A stretch of DNA of 60,313 nt, filler included, from Basidiobolus ranarum (Eukaryota), in NCBI GenBank assembly GCA_040143965.1. It is 10 parts of 10 records of this genome, joined end to end, with 100 filler letters (N's around TTAATTAATTAA, not from the genome) between each part and the next. Parts side by side here need not be neighbours in the genome. Positions count along the whole stretch, not along the records: positions 6,061 to 12,015 come from JASJQH010008330.1; positions 12,116 to 18,066 come from JASJQH010008331.1; positions 18,167 to 24,117 come from JASJQH010008332.1; 7 more parts are not named here. The stretch is one strand, 5' to 3'. Shown in pieces: positions 11,201 through 24,217 of the stretch (its first letter is position 1; each line of letters starts with the position of its first letter). The notes below the pieces were generated by a model that saw only the letters and a list, made by a program, of their open reading frames with translations, was not told where the DNA came from and did no database searches. The position numbers and the translations under genes were made by a program.

Positions 11201-14200
11201 AAAAGCATCGGATTCGGTGAAATTCAATTACAAACTCCTGCTCTATTCTTCTGACGTAAAATCACCACCTATGTCAGGGTTAATAGTAGGAAAGATTTCC
11301 TTGAAGGTGTTACATTAACACACCCTCATAAGATCTCTCAAAATTAATAAGACTATACTGTATTAATGTATGAAAGTCTTGGTAGGATTTGAGAACAGTT
11401 ATATTTTATGCGAACTAGTCAAATTACATGAAAGAGTGATTCATGTTGATACATAGGATTCCTCATGAAGTGAACCTACTAGACTCGGATGTGTATTTAC
11501 CAATGATACACTCAAATATTAGCTACGAACTGAATGGTATCACCGCAATCTCGAATGCTGAGTACATGATATTACATACTGTGAACATATACTCAACAAT
11601 GCAACGCAAACCGCTTGACTATTTACCCGCGTTACTCTCATGTACAATCTATTCTTAAACTCAAGGCCCCATCATTTTCTTTAGCCAAGACTTGATTAGT
11701 TGCAGAGAAGTAATACTTCTCATTTGATTTATTTACTCTAAATTATACAGTGAAATGCATTCACCACTCGAGATTACATGGACGAACCAATTCAAGATTT
11801 CATCGGTAAACAACCTCCTGAAAATCGGAATTTTCTGGTGGAAATTTTGAACCTCTTTAAATGAAATATCATTAATTAATCTATATGGTACTTGGTGGAT
11901 CACGTGAATCCCCATACCATATCCCTAACAAACAAACGTTCACCTAGATGTCATAGGGTGGAACTTGTATTTGCAAAACTGAGTCTCTCTCCCAATGGCA
12001 CCTGAATTTATGCAGNNNNNNNNNNNNNNNNNNNNNNNNNNNNNNNNNNNNNNNNNNNNTTAATTAATTAANNNNNNNNNNNNNNNNNNNNNNNNNNNNN
12101 NNNNNNNNNNNNNNNCTAATAGTTGGTCGATTATGGCATGGTGATACGAGACCTAAATACTTTCCACTAATTATGAGGCGTGTAGAAAAAGTAAAGATGA
12201 GGCTTGGTACAGGTCGAGGTTTGATTATTGGCTAGATGTGTGCAAAATATTGATATAATTGAGACATTATATTGTCTCTGAAGTTGCCATTGCTTTTTGT
12301 TCAGTAATTCAATTCCGTAACTTGCTTTTTGTTCAATAATCCAATTTTGAAGATACTATATTGCTCCGATCAGTCCAATATTGTGCACTTATAGCCTATG
12401 ACCAAATCTTGATCTTCACCAAGTTTCATTTCTGTACTTTTCCTACATGCCTAACACTAACTTACGCAAGATGCTCTTGCAAATATCAGATTATCGTAGT
12501 AGATTACTGCTGATAGTATATATCCAGGAAATAGTGATAGTAAGGACATATATTTGATATTCTAATGCTATTGTACATCGAAGGGCACTCTACCGCCGAT
12601 CTGACTAATATTGAGATGGATAACAATACAAGAGCTTTTCGCGATAGGTAACAATTATACATAAGAATTGACGAGGATTTGGATGATGTCCCGTCTATAT
12701 TCAAATTAGTGAGTACAGAGTTACCAAATCGCTGCACTACATCATATACCATGCAATTACAAGTTAGTATCCAAAAGGTCGCTCATGCTGAATGGTACGG
12801 TGAGGGCTTAGTGTTGCAAGTAACAAACTTTCACAAAAAGTACTGAGCTCTTCTCAAAAGGATGTTGGGCTACTATTGGGATCAAGTGAAACCAAAACAG
12901 AGATCATATGTCTTTAAAAGTCCAATCGAGCTTTGTGCCAACTGTGCGTAGAGGTAATCCCTCATTAGTGGCCAAGGTTTCATAGTGGAAAGATATAGAA
13001 ATGATAGGGGAAAAGGTTTACAAATACTTTCATATTAAGAAACAGGATATTAGGGAAAAGCTGAAGTTATAGTTGCTACAACTGACCCGATTTTTCAGAT
13101 AGATTGATTTGCCTTTATAAGCTTAAAGCGTAACTGTTACCGTCAGTCCCCAATAGTGTTTCAGTGATGTAGATTGATCAGATTACGTAAGATAAGATGT
13201 AATCTAGGGATAAACGCTGCAAACAACGTTGCTGTTACACCTAAATCAACGAGGAACATGAATTGATAGTATGAGACCCTGCCTCGTCAAATTGAGCCAT
13301 TCAAACTCAGCTTTCTATTCCATGTCGATTTATTGTGGATTTGAAAAATCATGTTTCTTCCAGGCCTATAGCATTCTCAACTGCTTATGTTGTAGTACTA
13401 AGTCTTTACTAGACTGTTCCGCTGAAGCAGATTAATTGTACAAGGGCATCTGGTCGAGCTTTGACTTGCAACCACTGGAATGATGCTAACTATGGTGAGT
13501 TGATCGAAGGGCTCGCGACAATGAACACGAAGATATTCAAGAGATCCGTATGTGGGAAAAACAAGGTATCTAATTGATGTCATGTGAAAAAGCATGAGAA
13601 TCGCTTCCAAGAAATTGGGGAATATGCAACAAAGCATTAGCGAATTTGGATGGTTTTTTTAACTAGTCTGAGGAAATAGCGTTATCTCAACGTTTCCTAG
13701 ATCAAATGGAGGCCCATTTTAGCTCATCTGTATATCACAATCCGACCAAGTGCATAAATGTTTAGATACTAGATTATTGTGTTCCTGTAGTCGGAAAACA
13801 ACATCGATGCTACTTTCCCTCCATACCTTCACATCCGAGATCTCAGTGCATGCTGGCAAACCACTCAAAGTCTAGTACTTAATGTGATGCTATTATGGAG
13901 ACCTGACTTTCGTAGCAAAGAACACCGGTAGCAAATCTGCTTCTACAGTAACAAAATTCCGCACTTTTAAACTGCTTTACCGCTCCCCCCCTCCCCCACT
14001 GATTCCAATATCTTCTAAATACGGAAGAAATGGGGTGATCTGGTAATGCTTACTTGATCAGGCAAATAACAAATATAGCCGTTCAAAAGAATGCCGAATT
14101 AATATTATAGTGGATTACTATTCATGGCTTGGATGTCTTTGTGAGATTAAATTAATATCCACTTGCAATCATCGCAATCCATGAAGACTAATTAAACACT

Positions 14201-15071
14201 TGGTTGGACATAATATAGCCCCTTTTTGGATAGCATTGGAGTAAACATGCCTTCCCTTCTCCACCTGTATAAGGAAAATATCAAATCCCTTACCCTCAAT
14301 GTTAGAAATCGGAAATCTCTAATATTTTCCAATCTGCAGTGGTTGAAGTTTATATTATTATTACTATTATACCCTAAACAGCGTACAGATTGATCAAGCG
14401 GATCATCCTAAGGGTGGACGTGAAGTGCGGAACGCATGTAGTATCTGGGCTATTTTATTGCTCCTGGAAAGCCACCAGCAGAGCTCGTCGTAATACATTT
14501 GAGTAATCGTGAAGTTATTTGCGTAATAGCGATTCTAGAGGCAGCTGACCAAATCACTCGGTGCTACGTCAGGCGCGTTAAATGTATTGCCCAAAACCGA
14601 CGGAAACACCTCCGAATGGTCTGTTGCGCTCAATATACTATGTGATATCTATAATTGGCAAATCTAGGTAGAAAGATCTCATCCGAATCTAATTAGCTTG
14701 TGGATATGAGTGTCAATCGGCCCATTATGCATTTCCAAAATGGTACCCCAATCTAGATGTTTACCCAGATGTTTTTCCAGTCATCTGCACACTTTGTTGA
14801 AACATGAATGTAAAAGAGAAGGCGTGGGTAACTTAAATACAGTTTAATTGAACAAAAACATTAGGCTACTGAAGCATTCATTGTTGATATACAATACAAT
14901 ACAATACATCACATCACACCGCACCGCACCAAATCTACCCGTCTTCTTAGCTGGGTGGATATGAGAGATGAGCTTTGCATATGCGTTATTGAAGCTGACT
15001 GCCTCTAATTCGATTAGCTAAGGAGGGGATGCATTATCTCATAATGGTGATGGTAACTGTGGTATGCTCAA

Positions 15072-15692
15072 CTACCTCTCCTCCTTTTCAACTTCCTCAC
15101 GATTATAACTAGTTCGCCGTGTGGGTACTTGTACCCCTTGTTTTGCAAAGTAATTGGTCAATAGAGTTGATTTATCCACACCTGGGAATTCTCGACTGGT
15201 GTAAATGGTAAATGGATTCGAGAAACAATCGGCCAAAATGCCCGCACTGGCGTTCTCAGCAATCCTCATAATATCTGAGAGAACAAACTTCAAGGTAAAT
15301 CGGCCTTCTGTTCTAATCGATAGGTCAGGAAATACAAAGTAAATTCCTTGCTCCTCTTCAAGGTTGAGTAAATGATATGATGGGGAAACTAGCGATCCAA
15401 CTAAATTCCTTGCATATACCGGGGATTTTAGAGAGATGACACTTGTGCTTGAGGATGTTGGCTCATTAGGTACTGAGGCAGGGTTAATGACAAGATTTCG
15501 AGGTTTAGTTGTGTCTGCCGACCATAGATCTGCGTGAACTACTAAATGAGAGACATCAATGCTGCTAATCTTTGCATTACTCAGTGATAATTTCAAGATA
15601 GGGGGTGGATCGAGCGGACATCTACGAGTTCCAAAGCCGGACAAACGAGCTCTGACTGGGTGTTGAACTACTTCTAATTTGTAAGTTACCAT
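15072..15692 (-). CDS. Velvet-domain protein (compact, intronless)
   Basis: YKLEVVQHPVRAR.SGFG...PLDPPPILKL; GIYFVFPDLSIRTEGRFTLKF; FPG...ST.LT..FA.QG; upstream TATAAAA near 15800. Confidence 0.95.
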   Translation of the reverse strand: MVTYKLEVVQHPVRARLSGFGTRRCPLDPPPILKLSLSNAKISSIDVSHLVVHADLWSADTTKPRNLVINPASVPNEPTSSSTSVISLKSPVYARNLVGSLVSPSYHLLNLEEEQGIYFVFPDLSIRTEGRFTLKFVLSDIMRIAENASAGILADCFSNPFTIYTSREFPGVDKSTLLTNYFAKQGVQVPTRRTSYNREEVEKEER

Positions 15693-16639
15693 TGCATTAA
15701 CAAAAGTGTGGGGATTATTTGGGCTGAAGACTGGTTCAAGGCGTAGTAGTATCTGAGATTTCGTATGAAAGTAGATTGTGATTGAAAAAAATGGTATCTT
15801 TTATACATGTAGAACAGTTTTTCTATCTTGGTTTGATAATTCAATATTGATTCCCATCCAATAGATCACCTTGTACCTGATAGCTTGGATGACTATCAAA
15901 ATAGGCTTTCCTAAAAGAAAAATGACAATTACGGATAAATGATCTGAATTGTGATCACACTATTTGGGAGAAATTGCGTTCATAAATCTCACTCTAAATG
16001 GAAGAATAACTGTTGAGGCTGGGCCACCACTCTCAATGCATTCGGAACAAAGAATATTATAGCATTTACTAGCGAGAATATGGTTACCAGATGCATATTA
16101 GAAAAGGAATATCTCAGTACTGTAAGCGGATGAGTTGTAGTACTATGTCGATAAAAACAACCATTTATCTCCATGAATTTAACCGAAATCGGTTTGTCAC
16201 TCCTGCCTCGCATCTGCCTAGCATTAGACAAGAGTTCGGTTCTTCAGTTGCAATTCGCCTATGAGACCGGTGCAACGAACACCTTCGAGGCTCTACTTTA
16301 GTAGCTATGATCCCTCTACATAGATCAGTATAGTAAACACATTTATATAGGCAATGAATAGAAGTGTGAGTGTCCAAAGCGGAAAATCGTGGTCCGAAAT
16401 ATGTTATGGAATTATACATCCTTCTTTTGTTTATCTCCTTAGCCATTGTTCTACGTAGCTTTGTCATATCCTCTAAGTACCACAATTATTAATCGAAGTG
16501 TTGGATCCATCCGGTGCAATGTGAGATAATTATAGTTCAGAAAATATGACAATGATAAAGTTCTAACCAGGTAATTAGCATCACCATAACGGAGACGAAA
16601 TCGAGTTTAATCACGCTCATGCCAATATAGGAAAGACTT

Positions 16640-17430
16640 ACCTATTCAGCGAACTCCACCTGGTCTTGTTTGAAGAATTCTCTTTCCTCATCCATCGCAA
16701 ATATCAAATTACGTTTATCCATATTCATACCTGCAAAATCAATGATCTATCCATAATACCAGTCATTTGCTTGCTAACGTGTCGACTTTGGCCAAATTGA
16801 CCAACACGGCTGCTCTCCCAATGGTAAGATTGATTAGAGCATCCATCATTGCTTCATCTCCACCTACCCTGTTGCCAAGTATAGATAAGGGTTTCTTCAG
16901 TGCGGTTTGATACTACGTCAGATTAAAGCTATACACGATCGGATTTCCAGAGTAGGGAGACTATCGAGATTAGTAACCCCATCCAATCTGGATTTACCGG
17001 TGAGACATGACGGAAACTTAGTAATGGTATAAGTCCAATTAGGATATATTGCATTGAATATCTAGGAACAAAGTTACCATTCAGAAGCGAGAAATCTCGT
17101 TCATTGGCTGTCTATGTTTAACGTGTATATTCCTTAATTGCCTTGTCTTCTCAAGCGGGTGTGGCTAGGAATCAATCTGGATGAACTGTGTAACCGGATT
17201 TTTGGTTGAAGAGTAAGCTTTTTGAGCTACTGCTCCATATCCAACTCTTGAAGCCAAGTCAGGCCAAGTAACTTGAGCTGGTCCAACAAATGAAGTCAAT
17301 GTTTCGGCAGCAAGTTGATTTCCAGCACAGTAGATCAATGTGCCATATGCATGCTGTCTAACCCTCCGCTAGTGCTCTATCACTCTCCTTGTAATCACCC
17401 GGTCCGATTCATGTCCAATGTTCCCAGGTT
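16640..17430 (-). pseudogene. Unidentified decayed coding sequence
   Basis: Long protein-like stretches (QHAYGTLIYCAGNQLAAETLTSFVGPAQVTWPDLASRVGYG..., IDFAGMNMDKRNLIFAMDEEREFFKQ) broken by scattered stops and frameshifts. Confidence 0.35.
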
Positions 17431-20400
17431 TATTTATGAGTTAAGGTAGAGCCTGGCCGTTTATAGCTATTCAGACTAAATACAGAGAAGTTGCGCTATC
17501 TTACTGCCTCTGGTTAAAAATCAAATCATGTTGATATACAATTTTATGACATCATTTAGCCCCAATTTTTTGGGGTCTCCGTTGACCTATGGAGGTAGAG
17601 GTGAATTATGAGGAAATCGACACAATACTAAGAATTACATCCTAATACTCCATAAGCTCCTGATTACGATAAAATTGAGTATTCATTAATCCTCAATAGA
17701 AAAGTGATTGGTGGATGAGATTTCTTCCAAAGTATTTCGTTCATTTCGGTTAACGTCCACCACACTGGTTGTAGTTTGCTGGTTCCTTACCAAAGCAACT
17801 TCATCTACCTTTATCATACTACTTAAGCAGTCCGCTTTTCATTTTCTAGACTCTATCTTCATTGGCCAAAATAAGAATATTTTCAATACGCGTATTCTTA
17901 CTTCAATAACTTTTGATCTTGACTCTATTGTGTATTTGTCATTGTTCCCTCTACTTTTTTTGGTCGATCTATTTGGTGTGCTTCTTTGACTTGGTAAATA
18001 CCTAAGAAAATCAAAAATAGATTCATCTATTTGTATTTCCTGAGTTTGGCTCCAGATTTAAAATGTNNNNNNNNNNNNNNNNNNNNNNNNNNNNNNNNNN
18101 NNNNNNNNNNTTAATTAATTAANNNNNNNNNNNNNNNNNNNNNNNNNNNNNNNNNNNNNNNNNNNNGTAAGTCACCCAAAGCAAAGAAAAATAGGGGCTT
18201 GGAAGACTTTATGCTTCAGATGGCCCGAGTTTCCAACATGCATCAATATCAATCATTATCTTCCCAAGAAGAATTAGCTCCCAATGCCAAATCCCTTCAC
18301 TAACTGTACTATCACTCTAATCACTTTAGTCGCATTTCACTTTTCATTGAACTTGTCTAAGTTTGCCATTAATCTCATGTTTACACTATTGCCTTCAACA
18401 GGTACTACCTTGATTCCTATTGTAATAAACCGCTTGATTCTAGTTTTACTCAAGATAAATATGTGTTTGTTGATATTTTCGAAGTTGTAGGCTTGATATC
18501 GAAACACTTTGGATAGAATCTTATTATTTTAGTTATATATATCAAGTACTTTGACTTATTCTGCCATTGTCCTAATAATGTATCCGTGTTCAGGTTATAT
18601 ATTTTACTGGGGCATAAGCTGTGGATTAGATCTGTTAGTCCTTTGCTGTGTATTAACCGACATATTAAGATATGATGACTTCTTTAAATTTCCAAATTCC
18701 ACTGAAGAGACTAGTAAGCTAAATTGATGTGAATAAGTATTTGACTTGATATACATTTCAGGTACTATCCATACTACACTACTGCTGTATAGGAGTAGGA
18801 GGGAATTCAGATGTTTGAAGTTAGCTGATTTCTTGGCTGAAATTGTGACAATGAAATCTCAATGAGAAGCATTCCACATTCCAGTAACTTGAATAAAAAC
18901 TGCACATGTTGCCCTTCTGTCCTTCTACTATTAGGATAACCGAGTATACATTTGCATAACCTGAAGAAAGGAGTGAATTTCTCTGTGCTCAATCAGGGAG
19001 TTAACAAGAAGAAAGATGGTGCAAACGAAGTAGAATTAAGCAGAAGCAAAAGAATATTTTTATCTGTTCCCAACTTGTCATGGTATCCACTTTTTACTTG
19101 AATTTCACAAATATCTCATTCAACAGCGAGGGGATACCGTCAATGCACTATACTGCTCATGAATAGTGTCTTACTGGTATGGTATGGTATGGTATGTATT
19201 GCCAATATTTTCCAAGTTGGTTAGCTATTTATTAATAAGTATATCATATCTATTTGGTTTAAAAATATCCAGTATTTGCTGGATTTTTGGCATAAATATC
19301 TGGGGGGATAAATCTGTTGCATACATAACACAGCATTCTTTATTGTGACTTAGCTTGACAAATGTTTTAGTATACTGAATACTTAGAATCTAATATGGCA
19401 CCAAACTGAAAGGCTCAATATGCCATCTCTATGCTTCGATTTTCCGGTCATCTTTCCTCCCAGATATTTCGGGGCTCAAGATGATTGCACATATTCAGTA
19501 CAAGTAGTAAAGTTATACTTACATTGGCATAAATAATTTGATTTTTTGAGCCTGCATATGTAAATATTTGACTAAAGTTATGTATATATCCTCACAATTC
19601 GCTCACGTGCAGCCTCAGAGATAAGAGTGATAAGCGAAAAGAGGCTTGCATCTCCATCCAGAGCCTGATTTCAAAGATTAGCAAATGTCACACAGAAATA
19701 AAACCATGTTGCTTCGTTTTTAAATTACTCTCTTGAATATCATACATTCTGGCTCGATATAGCGAAACTAGTCTACTAAGATTATCAAACCGTCTCAGAT
19801 ATCGCGTCAATCGTAGGAAACAATGTTGTGTCTCGGATATTCAGCACTTTGCCCTCCTAATAAATGACATATCTTATACTATTGGTGCCCAGAGGATATC
19901 GCTCCATTGAACAGGAAAGCTTGAACCCTTTTGGAAGCTGGAGAGCAATGTATACGCCTACGCTGGGTATTAAGATATTCGGTTTGGAGACTCTTTTGTT
20001 TCATGTTATGTGGGTATCTATGTGATGAATTATCTCATCATGAGAAGAGCTTACAGCGAACGGATCTAGCATCAATACTGAAAGTAAGCTAACTTGGGGT
20101 ATTTGTTATTTATTTCTAAGACAGCACGACTAATCATAAGACTTCTATTAAATATATATATATATAAGGTGTCGTGCTTGAATATGATTTAAAGCCAGCG
20201 AAGGATTCGAGGATATTACTATGGAAAGATTTCCTTTCAAAGGCGCTCTTCTGAACGGTTATAGAGTAATAGGAACAATGAGCTCTTCTCTATTAAACTT
20301 CATGAAGTAAAGGAGTCGAGAATATGGAAGGATGTTTGTAGTTTAAATTTCTTGTAGAGAATCAGGGCCGGGCAGATTTCTTCATTCTTTAGTCTAAATA

Positions 20401-20433
20401 GGATGGTATCCAGCATCGATCGACAACACTGAA

Positions 20434-20688
20434 TTAGGTCCTGGGTTGGAATTCAAATGGCTCTCCGAAGTTCTCCTCTACAACGGCATTTCTTCTTCTG
20501 AAGACGTATGCTGGAACCTCTCTATCGAGGAGGAGCTTCCCAAAGGATCCGCTTAGTTTCGGGGACGATGTCGATGAGAATGGAGAGCGAATTGGGGATA
20601 GAGTATTGGCTCTGCACTCTGAATGGTTACTGTTAGAGTGAGACAAAGACATCGACGGAACACTGGGAAGAGATTGGACAACAAGCAT
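20434..20688 (-). CDS. Small Ser-rich protein with RRRNAV motif
   Basis: ATG-initiated 84-aa ORF; TATAAAA at 20774-20780 (minus), ~85 bp upstream. Confidence 0.6.
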   Translation of the reverse strand: MLVVQSLPSVPSMSLSHSNSNHSECRANTLSPIRSPFSSTSSPKLSGSFGKLLLDREVPAYVFRRRNAVVEENFGEPFEFQPRT

Positions 20689-22772
20689 CTTGAATGTGAG
20701 AAAGGATGTTTACAGTTATGAATTAATGAAGTCTAAGAATTGAGATTGAGAGTCCTCGGTGTAGATAGGCTCCTTTTATACTACTGGCATTTAGGTTAGA
20801 CTCAGATTAATTTACATCCAATTATAACCCTGGATCAATTTTAACTTTCACTCCTTTGATCTAGCGAATCACTGCCCGATGATGTGGATCCCATAGTGTA
20901 GATAAACCGGTATCAAGCAAATTACACTATTCAATTTAGCAGCTTGAAAACGATTGACCTATCACGGACTAAGGTATGAAAGCGTAGTAGTAAAGCAATG
21001 ACAATAGAATAAAGGTGGAGTTTGAGAGTATGCTCATACTACCTGGCCTTCAGCGGTGTTTTGATCCTGTTTAATTTGTCAACCGGTTGGATAAGAGCAA
21101 CCTTAATTTATGCAAAGAGCCACATAAATGAGAATACCTGGTTTAAATTGGTATTAAACCGAATTTAGTTTCCTATTAAGTAATTGTTTTGATTGACAGG
21201 TTTTATCTGAATGTGATCATTTGCGACAAGTATTGGAAGTACCAATGATTTCATTCCATATAGAGATTAGTAAATGAGTCCAGATGTTGATAGGTACTTA
21301 ATGTACAAAATCCTCACTTCACTTCCACTGCACTTGACTCGTTATCTACAGAGTGCATCTCGTAGAATACTGGTAAATTCTACGCCTAAATTCGATGTGC
21401 AGTGTCCCACACAAACCTGAGTACCATTTCATTGAGCAACCAGTGGCTTACAAACAAGCATGTTATGAGCAGGTTAGGTGACCTTTCAGGCCGGCTATCG
21501 AGAATAACTTATTGAGTTAGTTATTTACCAAACGCTGCACTACCAAATGAAATTTAAGCAGAATTCTGTAAAAGAAAATTGGTTTCATCATGTCTCTACG
21601 ATGAAAATCACTGTTATTTCAGTGTCTCTACTATCTCATGATCATGTGTTACACCGGCGTTAAGATGGCACCGTATTGGCGAATTGTTTGTATATCCGAG
21701 AATCCTATCCCTCGCTATTAGTCCTCTATTGGCCCGTAAGAACTACTGCCACAAGTGATTCGTTTCGTCACTCAAAGTCTTTACTTTATATCTATACATG
21801 TACTGCACTAAAGCAGTTTGGTTGGATATCGTCTGTTTGCTTTATAAGACGTGGGTATGTTGTGGCAGTTTGGTCGTATTACGATAGCAGACAGAGCAGT
21901 CACACTTTGTTAGACGTAAACAAAGCGCCCTAGCGCCAACCGCTCTTTGTAGGCAAGCTCTCAGTCCATCAATTCTAGTGAACTCTACATTTTTGACATC
22001 ATCTCAAAAAGCTTGTATAGTGAAAGTTTGACTGTAATTTGTATCAGGTTGGTCATATGGTTGTTTACAAGGTATTCTTTCTGTTGTGTAACTTTCGTCA
22101 CAGTTTTCAGGTTTATTCGTTGAATTTCTACTAGTAATCATAGATTTTACGACAAACCTATATGTATCAGTAAGGAGTTTCGTAACCACCTTGAATAGAC
22201 TCATAACTACATAGTCTCACCCTCAAGTCTACATGTATTTTACATCCACTTGTTGTTGGATGAATATGTTGCAATTCACGAACAAGGGATTCAAAGGGAA
22301 TACCATTATGGAAACAGTATCCATCCTAATCCCTTCGCAATCGGAAAGAATTAGTGGCAAGTACGCACCTGATTTTGATTGGAACCTAATATAAATATGT
22401 TCGAGAAGGTTATTGTTTTTAAACATGGCATCCTCTCATGAGCCGAGAAGGATGTAAGGCCAAGTCATAGCTACTTCCACCATTCAGGTCATCTATTCTC
22501 AAGCGCTTCATTGGACAAGACATGTCAGCGAGTTGTCTTGATAGTTCGTATTTTCAACCAAACATATGAGATCAATGCTTGATTGGACCTCAGCTCAATC
22601 AACATACGGAATTTGCTCTAATCACTAAGCAACAGGCCAATCGACAGAAAACCAAGATACATCTCAGTATACAGAAATAGCTACATGGTAAATGGCCAGT
22701 ATCAGTCAGCAAAGAATCAAATCCTACCCACTATAAAGCAGGCCGACCATATCCAGGTCAAGGCATTCAAAA

Positions 22773-23634
22773 ATGATTCTTCGTTGGAATATCACCCCCC
22801 TAATCTCAGTACTATGTGGATTCACATTTCTATCTTTTCTCCTTCTTGATGCATATCCTACCGAGCCGGTGCAGACGAAGTCGATGCAACTCCGACCCGA
22901 GGATATAGCCATAGTATTGGCTTGGGATCAAAAGATGGAGGAGTATTGGGTGCCGCGCACACTGAAAGATAAACAAGAGTACGCCCGCCGACACGGCTAC
23001 GATCTTCTTCTCAAAAACACTACCGATGACGGTCGCGCAGTGGTAAGTAATGATAGTAAAATTTTTTCACCGATCGGTTAGCTAAATGAACTTATATTTG
23101 TTCACACAGAGCTGGTCTAAAATCATCAACCTCCGTCAAGCAATGCTGGAGCACCCGGATAAATTGTGGTTCTGGTGGCTTGATATGGACACTCTCATCA
23201 TGGAGCCACAGTTTTCTATTGAGGAGCATGTGTTGGAGCATGCATCTCAGCATCAATACATTGAGAAAGACATCGTGATGTCATGGGACTGCTTTGGCCT
23301 CAACACTGGTAGTATGTTCATGAGAAACTCTGACTGGTCATTGAAGTTTCTCGAGGACCTACTTACATTGTCTTGGCATGATCCTATCATGTATGGGGAG
23401 CAGCGGAAAATGCAGGATCTGTTCCACACTGGTCAAGAGGGAGTGGACCACTTTGATTTTATTCCATTGAGAAAAGCGTGCGCTGCTCATGATCACAAGT
23501 GTGATCTCGATAGCCAGGCTGAGTTTCAGTACAACTATCACAAGGGGGATTTCTTGATACATTTCGCCAACTGTGCACCTGATAATTGTCATAGTGAACT
23601 GGATCGTTACCACAGTATGCTTTATTCTAGATGA
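22773..23634 (+). CDS. Glycosyltransferase family 34 (MNN10/GMA12-like); exons 22773-23042 and 23110-23634
   Basis: Type II TM anchor, YARRHGY, WSKI, WWLDMDTLIM (DxD), GLNTGS, GDFLIHFA; 67-nt phase-0 GTAAGT...CAG intron joins the two ORFs. Confidence 0.92.
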
Positions 23635-23689
23635 AAATGCTCTCAATTAAATAAAATCATAAATGGTGTGTCACGCTTCAAACACCAAG

Positions 23690-24117
23690 TCAATGCAACA
23701 TATAACCAACGGCCTCAGTGTCTTGGACTGTTAGTAAATTTTGGGCCTGCATACTGCAGAATGTGGGTAAATTACAGCCGATAGATTCTTTCAAGATGAC
23801 CTTTATCAATTCCCTAGGACACAGGACATCATCACAGCCAGGTATCTTCGTGGGTACTTCATTTACCAGTAGTTGAACTCTCAGTGGATTGCCTTCATTG
23901 CATTGGTAAAGTTCAAAAATGATATTCGCTCCGAAAGGTGCCATTTGACTCGTCCGGAACTTCCTCTCTTGGAGGAGATGTGGAATATTCGGGATCGTCC
24001 ATTCCGCTGTATCCTTGTGCAAATTCTACAGAGTGTTCTCGTAAGCATTAATAGATACAATATTATAGTAGAACTCATATACCAGTATCGTAGTGAGAAA
24101 TAGGATCGTTTCTGCAT
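23690..24117 (-). CDS. Histidine acid phosphatase (MINPP1/phytase-like), 3' end; intron 24026-24082
   Basis: Spliced (H)AETILFLTTIL|NLHKD...FRTSQMAPFGANIIFELYQC...VQLLVNE...PGC...C. Confidence 0.85.
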
Positions 24118-24217
24118 NNNNNNNNNNNNNNNNNNNNNNNNNNNNNNNNNNNNNNNNNNNNTTAATTAATTAANNNNNNNNNNNNNNNNNNNNNNNNNNN
24201 NNNNNNNNNNNNNNNNN

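Noticed and set aside
14889-14930. Drifting pentamer repeat (tacaa/cacat/cgcac), and short tandem duplications near 49040, 52210, 58750-58820 and 59720
   Set aside because: Ordinary slippage repeats; no CRISPR-like repeat-spacer structure
12721-21543. Shared ~19-nt motif ttaccaaa(t)cgctgcactac at 12721 and ~21525
   Set aside because: No flanking similarity; likely chance
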